Assembly: GCA_043797615.1 (NCBI GenBank)
Contig: JAZDPK010000035.1
Coordinates: forward strand, 3,523 to 67,522
Length of the DNA stretch: 64,000 nt
Source: Parcubacteria group bacterium
Lineage (GTDB): Bacteria > Patescibacteriota > Patescibacteriia > UBA11705 > JABHMO01
Direction of reading: 5' to 3'
Below the pieces are notes generated by a model. It searched no databases. It was given only the letters and a program-made list of their open reading frames with translations, and was not told the DNA's origin. Both the position numbers and the translations under genes were made by a program. Position 1 is the stretch's first letter, and each line of letters starts with the position of its first letter. Of the stretch, positions 50,000 to 60,443 are shown one piece after another.

Positions 50000-51247
50000 A
50001 TGATTAAAAGCGACAAATACGATGTTTGCGTCGTAGGCGGCGGGCCGGCCGGCATGATGGCGGCGATCAGCGCGGCGGAAGCGGGCGCTAAAGTTATTTT
50101 GATTGAAAAAAACAAAGAGCTGGGGAAAAAACTTTTGCTCACTGGCAACGGCCGCTGCAATTTAACGAACGCTGAATTCAATCTGAAAAAATTGACGGAA
50201 AATTACGGACTGAACGGCAAATTTTTATTCCACGCTTTTTCCGAGTTCGGTCCGGCTGAAACGATCGAGTTTTTCAAGAGCATCGGCGTTAAAACGAAAG
50301 TGGAAGAGAATAACCGGGTTTTTCCGGTCAGCGAAAAAGCGCTTGATGTTTTGAACGCGCTGAAAAAATGTTTGGCGAAAAATAACGTTGAGGTCGTTGC
50401 CAGCGCCGCAGTCGCGAAAGTTATTTCGAAAAAAAATGCGATTGAAAAAATAATGATCGGCAACGAAGCGGTAACGGCGGATAAATATGTTTTCTGCACC
50501 GGCGGCAAATCTTATCCGCAAACAGGATCAACCGGCGAAGGATTGGATTTGATTGCAAAAATCGGGCATAAGATCAGCGACCTGGCGCCGGCGTTGGTTC
50601 CGATAAAAATCAAAGAACATTGGATAAAAGACTTGCAAGGACTGGCGCTGAAAAACGTGAAAATCAGAGTTAAGCAAAATAACGCAGTCCGGTTTCAAGA
50701 GACCGGCGACATTTTGTTCACGCACTTCGGAATAAGCGGACCGGCCGGGCTGAATGTCAGCAAGTCAATCGGCGAATCAATGAAAAAAGGCGATGTGAAA
50801 ATTAGCATTGATCTTTTCCCGAATTTAAATCTTGAGGAATTGAACGATAAAATAAAAAACGCGATCGATGAAAACCCGAAAAAAGCGTTTAAAAATATTT
50901 TGTCCGAATTGATTCCGCAAAGATTGGTTCCGATAATTTTTGGAAGCGCGAACCTGTCCGTTGACGCTACGGCCGCCAATATCGCGAAAGACAAGAGGGG
51001 ACTGATCGCGAAAATTTTGAAAAATATTGAAATGACGCCGATCGGTTTGCTTGGCTTTGACAGCGCGATGGCGACGAGCGGCGGCGTGTCGCTGAAGGAA
51101 ATCGACGACAAGACGATGAAATCGAAGATCGTTTCCAATTTATATTTCTGCGGCGAAATGATCGACATCGACGGCCGCACCGGCGGATTCAATCTGCAGG
51201 CGTGCTGGAGCACGGGGCGTTTGGCGGGGAGGAATGCGGCCCAATAA
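50000..51247 (+). CDS. HI0933/YhiN family flavoprotein
   Basis: GGGPAGMMAA, TGNGRCN, TGG.SYP.TGSTG, FTHFG.SGP, TGGFNLQ. Confidence 0.92.
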   Translation: MIKSDKYDVCVVGGGPAGMMAAISAAEAGAKVILIEKNKELGKKLLLTGNGRCNLTNAEFNLKKLTENYGLNGKFLFHAFSEFGPAETIEFFKSIGVKTKVEENNRVFPVSEKALDVLNALKKCLAKNNVEVVASAAVAKVISKKNAIEKIMIGNEAVTADKYVFCTGGKSYPQTGSTGEGLDLIAKIGHKISDLAPALVPIKIKEHWIKDLQGLALKNVKIRVKQNNAVRFQETGDILFTHFGISGPAGLNVSKSIGESMKKGDVKISIDLFPNLNLEELNDKIKNAIDENPKKAFKNILSELIPQRLVPIIFGSANLSVDATAANIAKDKRGLIAKILKNIEMTPIGLLGFDSAMATSGGVSLKEIDDKTMKSKIVSNLYFCGEMIDIDGRTGGFNLQACWSTGRLAGRNAAQ

Positions 51248-51469
51248 TGTAGCGGCGTATAATTATACGCCGCATGTCCAGACAAATTGTTTATTGGTTG
51301 ATTCCTGAGATTATAAAAAATACGGCGCAAAGGCGCTGTTTTTTGTACTGATTTTTAGTAAATCCGAAAATATGCTATGATAGTATTAACAAAATTAATC
51401 ATTTCGCTTGAAGCGCGTGAATTATCAAAAGAAGATTTTGGTGATTGATCGCCTTTAAGCGTTAAAACT

Positions 51470-51745
51470 ATGTTAAAATGCGATTGCAACGGCACTTGCC
51501 TGAAAAAAGCGCTGCGTTTCAGCCTGTTTCTCGTCGTTCTATTCGTAATTTGTTTTTTCTGGTATTGGGCAATGCCGGCGGCGCAGGATTTGATGCTGCA
51601 GCAGATGCAAATGTCTTTTTTCTGGTTTACCGGCATGAATATTTTGAGTTTTATTCTCGGCGCGGTCCAGACGTTCATCTGGGGCATGATCATCGCCGGG
51701 CTGTGGAAACTGATCGTCGGCTGCTGCTGCGAAGAGAAAAAATAG
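51470..51745 (+). CDS. Small membrane protein (DUF5676-like)
   Basis: Two TM segments, Cys-rich ends, followed by a terminator-like hairpin. Confidence 0.55.
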   Translation: MLKCDCNGTCLKKALRFSLFLVVLFVICFFWYWAMPAAQDLMLQQMQMSFFWFTGMNILSFILGAVQTFIWGMIIAGLWKLIVGCCCEEKK

Positions 51746-51802
51746 GATTCAAAAAGCGCCTGCCTTTCGGCGCGGGCGCTTTTCATTTCGGAATGATTCG
51801 CT

Positions 51803-53161
51803 TTAGGCTCGGTCGATGTTCTTTTGAATTTTTTTGATTTCCTTCTTTTTTTCTTCAACGTCTTCGCTTAAATTCGTAAACTTTTTTTCCGCTTGCTTTA
51901 CCGCCTGATTTTTGCCGAAGCCGAGAACGCCGCGGCCGTGTTGGGCGTATTTTTTTTGCAGATCGACTTTGGCTTCGTCAAGCTGCTCGGACAAGTCGTC
52001 GAATTCGCGCATCGCCCGCTGCAAATCCATTTTCAATTCCTTCTTCAATGGCGATTCGCCGGCTTTGGCAGCCGGCTCGGCTTCAGGCGTATCTTCTTCA
52101 ATTTCAGAAGTGAGATCAATTGGTTGGGGCTGTTCGGCTTTTTTTGTTTTCGACGGGTTATCAACAACCTCTATTATATCCTCATCGTATAATTTCTCTT
52201 CGTCGTCGCTGACTTCCTCCAGCTTCATGTGCGTCAAGTCAAGAGGTTCGGTTTCTGTTTTGGATTTTTGGGCGGCCGGTTTTTTCAAAGGTTTTTCTCC
52301 CGTTTGTTTTTGGATGTCATTTATCTCAATCTCGTTTTTCTTGAATTCGGATTCATCCCAATTCAGATCCGCCATTAGATGCTTTTTTTTGTTTTCCAGC
52401 GCCATCAGTTGAAAATCGTCAGACATCTGTTGATCCGGTTTTTTCAACGCGGCGGCGAATATGAGTTTTTCCAGTTTTTTGTCCAAATCAACGATTTGTC
52501 TGCCAACGTTTTCCATTTCATGAGCGAGGATCATTTGCAGCCGGGCCAATTGAAACTGCTTGAAATGCAAATTTTCTTTTTTCCCTGTTTTAATGTTTTC
52601 GTTGATTTTCAGTTTGACGATTTCTTTTTCAAATTCATCGCATTGCTTCTGCCGCGATTGCAGATCCTTGTTTAATTTCACTTTTTTTTGCCCAAGTTCC
52701 ATTCTGTCTTTGAACGTATATCCCGCCTTTTTGTCTTCGATGTCTTCCGGTATTTTTTTTATTTCAGCCTGAATTTCCGCAATTTCGTTTTTCATTTTGT
52801 CAAAATGAGAAATTTTCCGGGCGAAGGCAATTTCATCGGCATGGTTTTTCACGATTTCGTTTTGCATGCCTTCGTATTTGTGCGACAAGGATTGGAAATC
52901 AGGATTGGGGGAAAGTAAAATTTCGTCTAAAGAAGCGGTTTGCACGAAGTTTTCCGGCAGCGGCGCCGATTCCAGCTTTGCCGATTCCAGTTTCGCCGAT
53001 TTCGGCTTTTTCGGCGCCGGATTTTCTTCGAAATTGATGTCTTGAATATCAATCAATTTGTCCGGTTCCGACAATTCGGGCATTGGCACTGATTTTAATT
53101 CCGGTTTTTTCGGCGCCGGCGCTTTTTCAAAAGGCTGAACGTTTAATTTTTCTCTTGGCAT
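51803..53161 (-). CDS. Charged coiled-coil hypothetical protein
   Basis: 452-aa K/E-rich ORF with short internal repeats (PAPKKP, SAKLE). Confidence 0.7.
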   Translation of the reverse strand: MPREKLNVQPFEKAPAPKKPELKSVPMPELSEPDKLIDIQDINFEENPAPKKPKSAKLESAKLESAPLPENFVQTASLDEILLSPNPDFQSLSHKYEGMQNEIVKNHADEIAFARKISHFDKMKNEIAEIQAEIKKIPEDIEDKKAGYTFKDRMELGQKKVKLNKDLQSRQKQCDEFEKEIVKLKINENIKTGKKENLHFKQFQLARLQMILAHEMENVGRQIVDLDKKLEKLIFAAALKKPDQQMSDDFQLMALENKKKHLMADLNWDESEFKKNEIEINDIQKQTGEKPLKKPAAQKSKTETEPLDLTHMKLEEVSDDEEKLYDEDIIEVVDNPSKTKKAEQPQPIDLTSEIEEDTPEAEPAAKAGESPLKKELKMDLQRAMREFDDLSEQLDEAKVDLQKKYAQHGRGVLGFGKNQAVKQAEKKFTNLSEDVEEKKKEIKKIQKNIDRA

Positions 53162-53335
53162 AAAAATTAAGTTAAAAATTATGTTATAAATATTATATCA
53201 AATTGACAGCATTTTGCTACTTTATGAAATTTATTATATCGTATGAATTTAACGTTGTCAATAGTTTGTTTAATTTTAGCCAGTTTTTATCCTTTCAATT
53301 TTGTTTTCAATAAGATATACTGTTGATATTCGCTT

Positions 53336-54550
53336 ATGAAAAGTATTTTTAACGCGCTCATCATCCATTACGATGAAATCGGATTGAAGGGAAGCAATCA
53401 GAATTTTTTTATTGGCAAATTGGCGGAAAACATCCGCCGCGTTGTTAGCGATAAAAACAAAATCCAAAAACGCGCTGCAAAGTTTGTTGTTTATCTCGAG
53501 AAAGAGTACGATGAAGCTTTGCTGGAAAAAGTTTTATTGATTCCGGGCATTGCCAACGCGTCGCCGGCGAAGATCGTTAAATCCGATTTAAATGAAATGA
53601 AAAAAGCCGCGTTGGAAATTTTTCAATTTTACAAACCGGCCGCATTTAAAATCGAAACGGTCCGGGCGCATAAAATTTTCCCGTTGAAATCGCCGGAAGT
53701 CAGCGCCGAAGTCGGCGGTTACATTTTGGAATCGGATAAAAGCGCGAAAGTGAAAATGAATCATCCGGATCTGACGATAAAAATCGAAATTGAAAAAGGG
53801 GAGACGGCGATTCTCGGTAAAAAACGTCAAGGCGTTGGCGGCTTGCCAGTGGGCGCGGCCGGAAAAATCGTTTGCCTTCTTTCGGGAGGAATTGATAGTC
53901 CGGTGGCGGCGTTCGAGCTGATGAAAAGGGGAGCCACGGTGGTGTTCGTTCATTTTCACAACAACACAATCAATAAAGCGGGCGTGGAAAGCAAGATTAA
54001 ACGTCTAGTTGCGCAACTTTCGAAAATCCAGGGCGAATCGGTTTTATACATTGTTCCGTTCGCCGAACTTCAAGCGAACGTCATTGCCAATGTCCAAGCC
54101 GACGCGCGCATGATCGTTTATCGCCGCTTGATGTTTAAAATCGCCGAGCGGATCGCGAAAAAAGAAAACGCGCTGGCGATCGCGACCGGCGACAGCTTGT
54201 CGCAAGTGGCGTCGCAGACTTTGGAGAATTTAAACGTTATTTATAACGCAACTTCGATGCTGAAATTGGCGCCGCTCATCGGCCGCAATAAATTTGAAAT
54301 AATGGATATCGCGAAAAAAATCGGCACGTATGACATTTCAATCGAGCAATACGCCGACTGCTGCAGCCTGCTGATCGCCCAGCATCCGGAAACGCGGGCA
54401 ACGGTCGCGGCGATTGAAAAAGCGGAGAGCAATTTGAATGTAGAGAAGATGATTGAGGAGGCGGTTGAATCGGCGCGGGGAATAATGATTACCCCACACT
54501 TGCCTGTCCGCCGTAGCTTCAGCGAAGGCGGAGAGTGTGGGAATGGCTGA
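53336..54550 (+). CDS. thiI: tRNA 4-thiouridine synthase
   Basis: Y.EI.LKG.N, THUMP domain, LLSGGIDSPVA, TGDSL.QVASQT, DCC. Confidence 0.93.
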   Translation: MKSIFNALIIHYDEIGLKGSNQNFFIGKLAENIRRVVSDKNKIQKRAAKFVVYLEKEYDEALLEKVLLIPGIANASPAKIVKSDLNEMKKAALEIFQFYKPAAFKIETVRAHKIFPLKSPEVSAEVGGYILESDKSAKVKMNHPDLTIKIEIEKGETAILGKKRQGVGGLPVGAAGKIVCLLSGGIDSPVAAFELMKRGATVVFVHFHNNTINKAGVESKIKRLVAQLSKIQGESVLYIVPFAELQANVIANVQADARMIVYRRLMFKIAERIAKKENALAIATGDSLSQVASQTLENLNVIYNATSMLKLAPLIGRNKFEIMDIAKKIGTYDISIEQYADCCSLLIAQHPETRATVAAIEKAESNLNVEKMIEEAVESARGIMITPHLPVRRSFSEGGECGNG

Positions 54551-54712
54551 CTTTAGACGCACCCCGACTCAAAGTCAGGGGTAAGGGAACAACAAGAGAC
54601 GCGCCCGCCATAAATGGCGGGGTAATTTACGATGGTTGACATTTATTGATTCATTTGATAGGTTTAATTCAGAACATTGACAATAAACAACGCAAAAGGA
54701 AAGGATAAAATC

Positions 54713-55336
54713 ATGGATGAACAAACAATCTTGCACAGAATCGGCGAAATCGATAAAATGAAAAGCAACGAAATTTTGAACTGCAATTTTCAAGTTCTGC
54801 ATTCGCTGGCTCAGCAGATCGCCGGGCAATATGACACTGACAGCTTCATCGCCTTGTTCTGCATTAAGCAGAGCGGGGGAAGAGAACACAATTTAACAAT
54901 TTTTCGCGGCGGCTACGATGAATTGTTGGCGCAATTAAAGAGCGATTATCCGGTTTTATGGACGTTGTTCGCGATTGAAAAAGTGGAAAGATTGCAGGCG
55001 CTCGCTTCGAAAAAAGAATTGCGCTTTATCGAGGATCTAAGGCGAGGGAAAGAAGAAAGAATCATCGAATTGCCGAATTTCGGCGTTGACAATCAATTGT
55101 TTTCCAACAGCCATCTCGTATTAGACGCAAAGCTTGCCGGTTTCATCGAAAAATACGGCGAGGGCGGGCATGTGGGTTTGCTGGCGCATCCGGACATGGA
55201 AATCATCGTTCTTCACGATTCGCATGATAAAGTGTTTAAATATCTTATGGCAAAATTCCCTTTTTATGATAAATATTTTGCCATAAAAAGATTGAGCAAA
55301 AGCGAATTGCTGGATACCGAGGAAGAAGATGGTTGA
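54713..55336 (+). CDS. Hypothetical protein
   Basis: RBS and TTGACA upstream; no recognisable motif. Confidence 0.6.
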   Translation: MDEQTILHRIGEIDKMKSNEILNCNFQVLHSLAQQIAGQYDTDSFIALFCIKQSGGREHNLTIFRGGYDELLAQLKSDYPVLWTLFAIEKVERLQALASKKELRFIEDLRRGKEERIIELPNFGVDNQLFSNSHLVLDAKLAGFIEKYGEGGHVGLLAHPDMEIIVLHDSHDKVFKYLMAKFPFYDKYFAIKRLSKSELLDTEEEDG

Positions 55337-55550
55337 CAAAATTTAAAAAGCAAAAGCAACGGATCATCGTTTCCGCTGCTTTTTTAATTCAATAAAATTT
55401 TGGAGCGGGGGAGTGGAATGTCATGCTTCCCCTTGACTTCGCTCGGGGCAGGCTAAGGTAAAGTAAATTTTCCAAACCGCCTCAGCATGACAAATTGATG
55501 CCCCTGTGGATAACTTTTTGAGTTACTTTCTTATTCATAATATAATGCAA

Positions 55551-55567
55551 TTAGGAATTATTCTTAA
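55551..55567. promoter_or_regulatory. Putative Fur/PerR-type operator
   Basis: Near-palindrome TTAGGAAT-T-ATTCTTAA just downstream of TATAAT and upstream of the Fur-family gene. Confidence 0.4.
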
Positions 55568-55626
55568 TAGTGTAATGCAAATATACGAATGCATACAAAT
55601 TATACAAATAAATTCAAGGCATATTT

Positions 55627-56034
55627 ATGTTAAAACAAAGAACAACCAATCAGCGCCAGCTTATTCTGGATTATGTTCAATCCACTACTCTCCACCCGAC
55701 GGCCGAGCAAATTTTCAACATCGTCCGCAAAAAAATGCCGCGCATCAGCTTTGGCACGGTTTATCGCAATCTGGACGTGTTGGAAAAGCAGGGATTGTTG
55801 AAATCTTTGTGCTATTCAAAAGAGCCGGCGCGCTACGACGCCATTATTGATAATCATTATCATTTCGTGTGCGAGCGCTGCGGCAAAATCAAGGATTTGG
55901 TGATTGATGAGATGCTTGAGCTTAATGATCAGGCGGCCAAGCGCCACTCCCTTTCAATCAGCCGGCACAGCATAATGTTTTACGGAATGTGCGGGGAATG
56001 CGAGGAATACTTGCAAAAACAGAAAGATGAATAG
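55627..56034 (+). CDS. Fur/PerR family transcriptional repressor
   Basis: T.QR, HPTA, TVYRNL, HYHFVC..CG, CGEC. Confidence 0.93.
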   Translation: MLKQRTTNQRQLILDYVQSTTLHPTAEQIFNIVRKKMPRISFGTVYRNLDVLEKQGLLKSLCYSKEPARYDAIIDNHYHFVCERCGKIKDLVIDEMLELNDQAAKRHSLSISRHSIMFYGMCGECEEYLQKQKDE

Positions 56035-56174
56035 AAAGTGGATTGCTTCGCAATCCAAAAGACGACTTATTTGCTCAAGCTTGATGCTCGCAAGAAAAAA
56101 CGTAAAACTAATGAATTAATTTTGCTTAGAACAAAAAACGGCTTGGCGCCGTTTTTTGTTATTATTGAAAATTT

Positions 56175-57557
56175 TTACCAGCCGAACAGCTTGCCCACTT
56201 CTTCCGGCGTTTCGCGGCGCCTGGCGATTTTTATTTCGCCGTTTTGGGCGATCAATTTCGCAGGCGAAGATAAAAGGCAATGATGACTGGCCAAAGAATC
56301 CTGATAAGCGCCAGTATCCAGAATGGCGACATACAACTCTTCGGTTTCGCCGAGCCGCGGCAGGAGAATGTATTCGCCGCCGGCCGTGTATTTGTCATCG
56401 CTGTCGCACGACGAGCCGGCCAGCCAGACTTTCTGCATTTTTTTATTTGACATTTGATTTACCGGTATAACGTGCCATTTCTGGTGGATTGCCCAGGTGT
56501 CAATGAGATCATTCATGAAGCTGCCGTCCACCACGTACCATTTGACATTGCCTTTATTGCCCACGGACTTTTCCGTTAAAATTTTGTAAATGGTGATTTG
56601 CGCCGGCGCCGCGACATAACTGCCCCATTCAACGATCAGGTTCGGATGCTTGATGTTAAGCTTGTCGCATTCTTTCTTCGCGGTTTTTACGATTTGGTGG
56701 ATAAGGCTTTTGCCGGTGTAAAAATGTTTTTTCTTTTCGAACGGAATGCCGGCGCCTCCGCCGATGTCAAGCGTGTCCAGACCCGGATTTTTTTCTCTCA
56801 TTTGCGCATACAAAGCGATGGCACTTTTCAGCGGTTTGATAAACCCTTGAATGTTTTCAATCTGCTTGGAAATATGATAATGCAAAATAGACAGATTGCG
56901 GATTTTTCCCATTTTTTGCAATTCTTCCTCGGTAAAGCCGTAGCGATTGAATCTTTTGTCCCAGTGGGATTGGACTTTGACGTCCAGATTGACGCGGATG
57001 CCGACTTCGCCTTTGAATTTGTTCATCCGTTCAAGCTCGTTATAGTCCTCGATGATCGGGATGACGATCAGGCCCTTGCTTTTAAGTTCTTCAATGAGGG
57101 TAATGTATTTTTCCGTTTTCGGGCCGTTGCAAATGACGCGGATTTTGGCGTTGAATTTATCCTGCTCGATCATTCTTTTGACTAAAAATAATTCGTTGGC
57201 GCTGGCAACATCCAGGTTCGCCCCCTCGGCCACCGCCGGTAACACGAATTCCTTGGTCTGATTGGCTTTCATCGCGTAATGATAAAAAAATTTTCCTTTG
57301 TAGCCCAGTACTTTGATGTAAGCGTTGAAAGTTTCAATCAAATCGCGCACGCGGTTTTCAATGATGGAAGGAAAAACGATTTCCGTGGCCGTGCCGTATT
57401 TTTTCACGATGTCGAAAATATTGTATTGATAGTTGCCTTCGCGCACGATCAATTCGCCGTCCGGGTTGATGTCGAAATTTTGAGTATTGTATTCCTCCAC
57501 CCCCAGTTTCCAGAATTTGCGAAAACCGTTCTTTTTTTTGCGTTGTTTTTTGGCCAT
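56175..57557 (-). CDS. PLP fold-III decarboxylase (arginine decarboxylase-like)
   Basis: YAMKAN, ICNGPK, LHYH, DIGGG, SCDSDD, GAYQ. Confidence 0.8.
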   Translation of the reverse strand: MAKKQRKKKNGFRKFWKLGVEEYNTQNFDINPDGELIVREGNYQYNIFDIVKKYGTATEIVFPSIIENRVRDLIETFNAYIKVLGYKGKFFYHYAMKANQTKEFVLPAVAEGANLDVASANELFLVKRMIEQDKFNAKIRVICNGPKTEKYITLIEELKSKGLIVIPIIEDYNELERMNKFKGEVGIRVNLDVKVQSHWDKRFNRYGFTEEELQKMGKIRNLSILHYHISKQIENIQGFIKPLKSAIALYAQMREKNPGLDTLDIGGGAGIPFEKKKHFYTGKSLIHQIVKTAKKECDKLNIKHPNLIVEWGSYVAAPAQITIYKILTEKSVGNKGNVKWYVVDGSFMNDLIDTWAIHQKWHVIPVNQMSNKKMQKVWLAGSSCDSDDKYTAGGEYILLPRLGETEELYVAILDTGAYQDSLASHHCLLSSPAKLIAQNGEIKIARRRETPEEVGKLFGW

Positions 57558-57594
57558 ATTTTTACGTCGCGAAAGGCGGCATAAATAATTAAAA

Positions 57595-58173
57595 TTATTT
57601 GTCGCTTTTCGCCAGCTTGATTCTTTTAATAATGAAATCCACGCTCCAGAACAGGGCGCTTAATACGATAATCGTGGAAATTATTTCTTTTTCAAAATGC
57701 TTGATTCTGCCGATCATCGCTCCGGCCGCCGTGCCCACGAAATATCCTATCGACGCGAACAATATCGACCAGACAAGACCGCTCGCCGCATTGACAATAA
57801 AAAACTTTTTCGTTTTTATCCTGCTCGAGCCAATGACCGCGGCCATGGCCGCCCGGCAGCCGTACAAAAAGCGGAAAAGGAAAATCGCTTTGGTCTCATG
57901 TTTTTCCAGCAAATTGTGAATCCAGATGAAGCGGCGTTTGAGAAAGCGATGTTTTTCGATCAGCGCCTGGCCTTTGTGCCGGCCCAGGCAGAAAAATGCC
58001 TGATCGGTGGCGACGCTGGCGGCGTAGGCGAGGATTATCACCAGATAAAAATTCAAATATCCGAGATATGCCAAAAAGCCGCCGATCACCAGGACAGTCT
58101 CGCCTTCGAGCATCGTGCCGATAATCAGCGCCAGATAGCCGTAATGGATTGTCAGCAGTTCGATTGAAATCAT
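57595..58173 (-). CDS. DedA family protein
   Basis: YGY......LEGE, RFLYG.R. Confidence 0.88.
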   Translation of the reverse strand: MISIELLTIHYGYLALIIGTMLEGETVLVIGGFLAYLGYLNFYLVIILAYAASVATDQAFFCLGRHKGQALIEKHRFLKRRFIWIHNLLEKHETKAIFLFRFLYGCRAAMAAVIGSSRIKTKKFFIVNAASGLVWSILFASIGYFVGTAAGAMIGRIKHFEKEIISTIIVLSALFWSVDFIIKRIKLAKSDK

Positions 58174-58290
58174 AGAAACGCGTTTTCATTATAGATAAAT
58201 GCGGCTTGGTTTGCAAGGCCTGGTGTTGACAAAAAACATATGCGGTACTAATATACGAATATAATAATGATACGAAAATAACCTGATCAG

Positions 58291-58671
58291 ATGGAAAGGA
58301 GGCTGATAATGGAAGAATTGAAGCAATTTTTGGCGACGCCGCTCGAGGGCAATCCGCCGGACGGGACAAAGATTAGCATCAGCGGCTTGATTGATTTTTT
58401 CATTCGGCGCTGGCAAGACTCGAAGATGCTTTGGCTTTGCAACTGGCTGCCTTTGGAAGACAAGCGGAACGTGGTCTGGATGTTCATGATCCTGCCGCCG
58501 CAGGTTGAAGCAAAGGTCGCGAATATTTTCCGCGCCTACAAAAGCGTGATGGACGCCAAGAAAATTCTGGCCGCGCCCGAGCAAATCACGGCCCATTACG
58601 GCGAAATGGCGAAAATTTGCGCCAAGCTCGCGGACGTATTCAACGATTTGGCCGCCGGGCAGAAAAGATGA
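58291..58671 (+). CDS. Hypothetical protein
   Basis: TTGACA promoter-like site and AGGAGG upstream; true start may be 58309. Confidence 0.55.
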   Translation: MERRLIMEELKQFLATPLEGNPPDGTKISISGLIDFFIRRWQDSKMLWLCNWLPLEDKRNVVWMFMILPPQVEAKVANIFRAYKSVMDAKKILAAPEQITAHYGEMAKICAKLADVFNDLAAGQKR

Positions 58672-58737
58672 AATTAAAATTCCGCACGACTCGCACGCCG
58701 GGCGGGATTTTATTTTTAAATGAGTTGAAATTGCTGG

Positions 58738-60000
58738 TTAAGATTTTTTTCGGAAGGACAAAACGATCTTGAAGATTATGATCAGGAAAGTGATCCAGAA
58801 CAGCCCCAGGCTGAAGCCGGCGATCACGTCGCTCGCCCAATGCACGTTCAAATAAACGCGGCTGAATCCGATGAGCAGCGCCGCGAGCAGGCAGGCGGCG
58901 ACGAAAACGCATTTTAAAAATTTATTTTTTATTTCGTCTTTAAAAGCGAAAATCAAAAAAGCGAAAAACACCAGGGCCAGAGCGGCGTGGCCGCTCGGCA
59001 GGCTGAAGCCTGATTCTTGAATGAGCAAATTCAGCGGGCGAGCCCGTTCAACAAAATGTTTTATCAGCGTTTCCAGCCCCGCTCCCCCGGCCATGCCGAG
59101 CAGCAGCAGCAAAGCGTTCTCGATCCTTTTTTTATAAAATAAAATCGCGCAGGTGATCAGCGACAAAACCAGGAGAACTTCCGGCCCGCCGATGTTCGTG
59201 ATTATAATCATCGTTTTGTTTAACAGCGGCTGCCAGAGCGAAACGATATGCGCGTTGATCCAAACGTCAATTCTGTACATCAGTTCCTTGTCGAAAAAAT
59301 CTTCCAGCATTTTCGAGAAAACGTAGATCGAGCAAAGATTGAAAATGAGCGTTTTAAAATAATATTTCGAGAAGATGTGCCGCCGCTTGTCGATGAAACG
59401 ATAAATGAAAATGAACGCGACGATTAAAATGAATCCGACGACGATGAAGCGGCCGACGTATTTCGACGCCACGCCGTAGCTGTTGCCGAAAATATAGCCG
59501 ATCATGACGAAAACCGCTGCCCAGACGCTACCGCCGATAATGTTGTAAATCAAGAATTTGGCGAATGGCACGTCCATCGCGCCGGCCACGAATGGGGTGA
59601 ACGCGCGGGTCAGGGAATTGAACCGGCCGATGATCAGGGTTTTGCCGGCGTGCTCGCCCACCATTTTTTTCGTTTTTTCCAGTCCGGCGGCGATTTTTTC
59701 TTTTCCGAATGAAAAATATCGGCCGCATTTTTCAATGAACGAATAGCCGTATTTTTTTCCGAGAAAATATCCGATCAGGTCGCCGGCGATGGCGCCGAGG
59801 GCGGCGATCCAAATCGTGTCGCCGATATCGATCGCGCCGAGCGACGCGAAAAATCCGCCGATGATGACGATGAATTGGCCCGGAATGAACAATCCCAAGA
59901 CCGGCGCGGTTTCCAGAACGGCTGCGGCCAAAACAATCCAATACGCCCAGTGGTGCAGGAGCGGAAACGGAATTTTCAAAATTGCGTCGATGATGTGCAT
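58738..60000 (-). CDS. DedA-PAP2 fusion (LssY-like)
   Basis: DedA N-domain; K....R.RP, PSGH and SRVYLNVHW.SDV phosphatase motifs. Confidence 0.9.
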   Translation of the reverse strand: MHIIDAILKIPFPLLHHWAYWIVLAAAVLETAPVLGLFIPGQFIVIIGGFFASLGAIDIGDTIWIAALGAIAGDLIGYFLGKKYGYSFIEKCGRYFSFGKEKIAAGLEKTKKMVGEHAGKTLIIGRFNSLTRAFTPFVAGAMDVPFAKFLIYNIIGGSVWAAVFVMIGYIFGNSYGVASKYVGRFIVVGFILIVAFIFIYRFIDKRRHIFSKYYFKTLIFNLCSIYVFSKMLEDFFDKELMYRIDVWINAHIVSLWQPLLNKTMIIITNIGGPEVLLVLSLITCAILFYKKRIENALLLLLGMAGGAGLETLIKHFVERARPLNLLIQESGFSLPSGHAALALVFFAFLIFAFKDEIKNKFLKCVFVAACLLAALLIGFSRVYLNVHWASDVIAGFSLGLFWITFLIIIFKIVLSFRKKS

Positions 60001-60041
60001 TTTATTTCGTTTTTAATGGAAATCGGCGCTTTTGTTTGACG

Positions 60042-60338
60042 TTATTTGGTCAGGACATCGTTCGTTTTCGCGCAGCGCCAGTTGATTTCCGCTTTTTGCG
60101 TTTTTTCGGTCACGACGCAGGCCGGGTTGCAGCCGGCTTTTTTTTCCTTCAAATGCGCGTCAAACCACCAGGTTTTCGTTACTTCGTTGTAAACGCCTGG
60201 ATTGATCGATTCGCCTCCGCCGATGCAGGCTTTCGCCGCGATCGCGCGGGCGTCGGTTTCAGTCAGTTTTTTCGCGGCGCAGCCGGTCAGGGCGAGGGAC
60301 AGGGCGCAGGCGAGGATTAAAATCGTTTTTTTGTTCAT
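60042..60338 (-). CDS. Small lipoprotein
   Basis: LTGC lipobox; GCNPACVV...AEINWRC motif. Confidence 0.7.
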   Translation of the reverse strand: MNKKTILILACALSLALTGCAAKKLTETDARAIAAKACIGGGESINPGVYNEVTKTWWFDAHLKEKKAGCNPACVVTEKTQKAEINWRCAKTNDVLTK

Positions 60339-60443
60339 AAATATTGATTACGACATGATCGCTGGTGCGATTACGTTATTATACTAAAAAAACAGGATGA
60401 ATGAAAGCGAAATGATCGGCGATTGATTTTTTCCGCGGGCGCT

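Noticed and set aside
14420-55513. Replication origin from DnaA boxes (TGTGGATAA at 14420 and 55505)
   Set aside because: Isolated single boxes with no cluster and no dnaA nearby.
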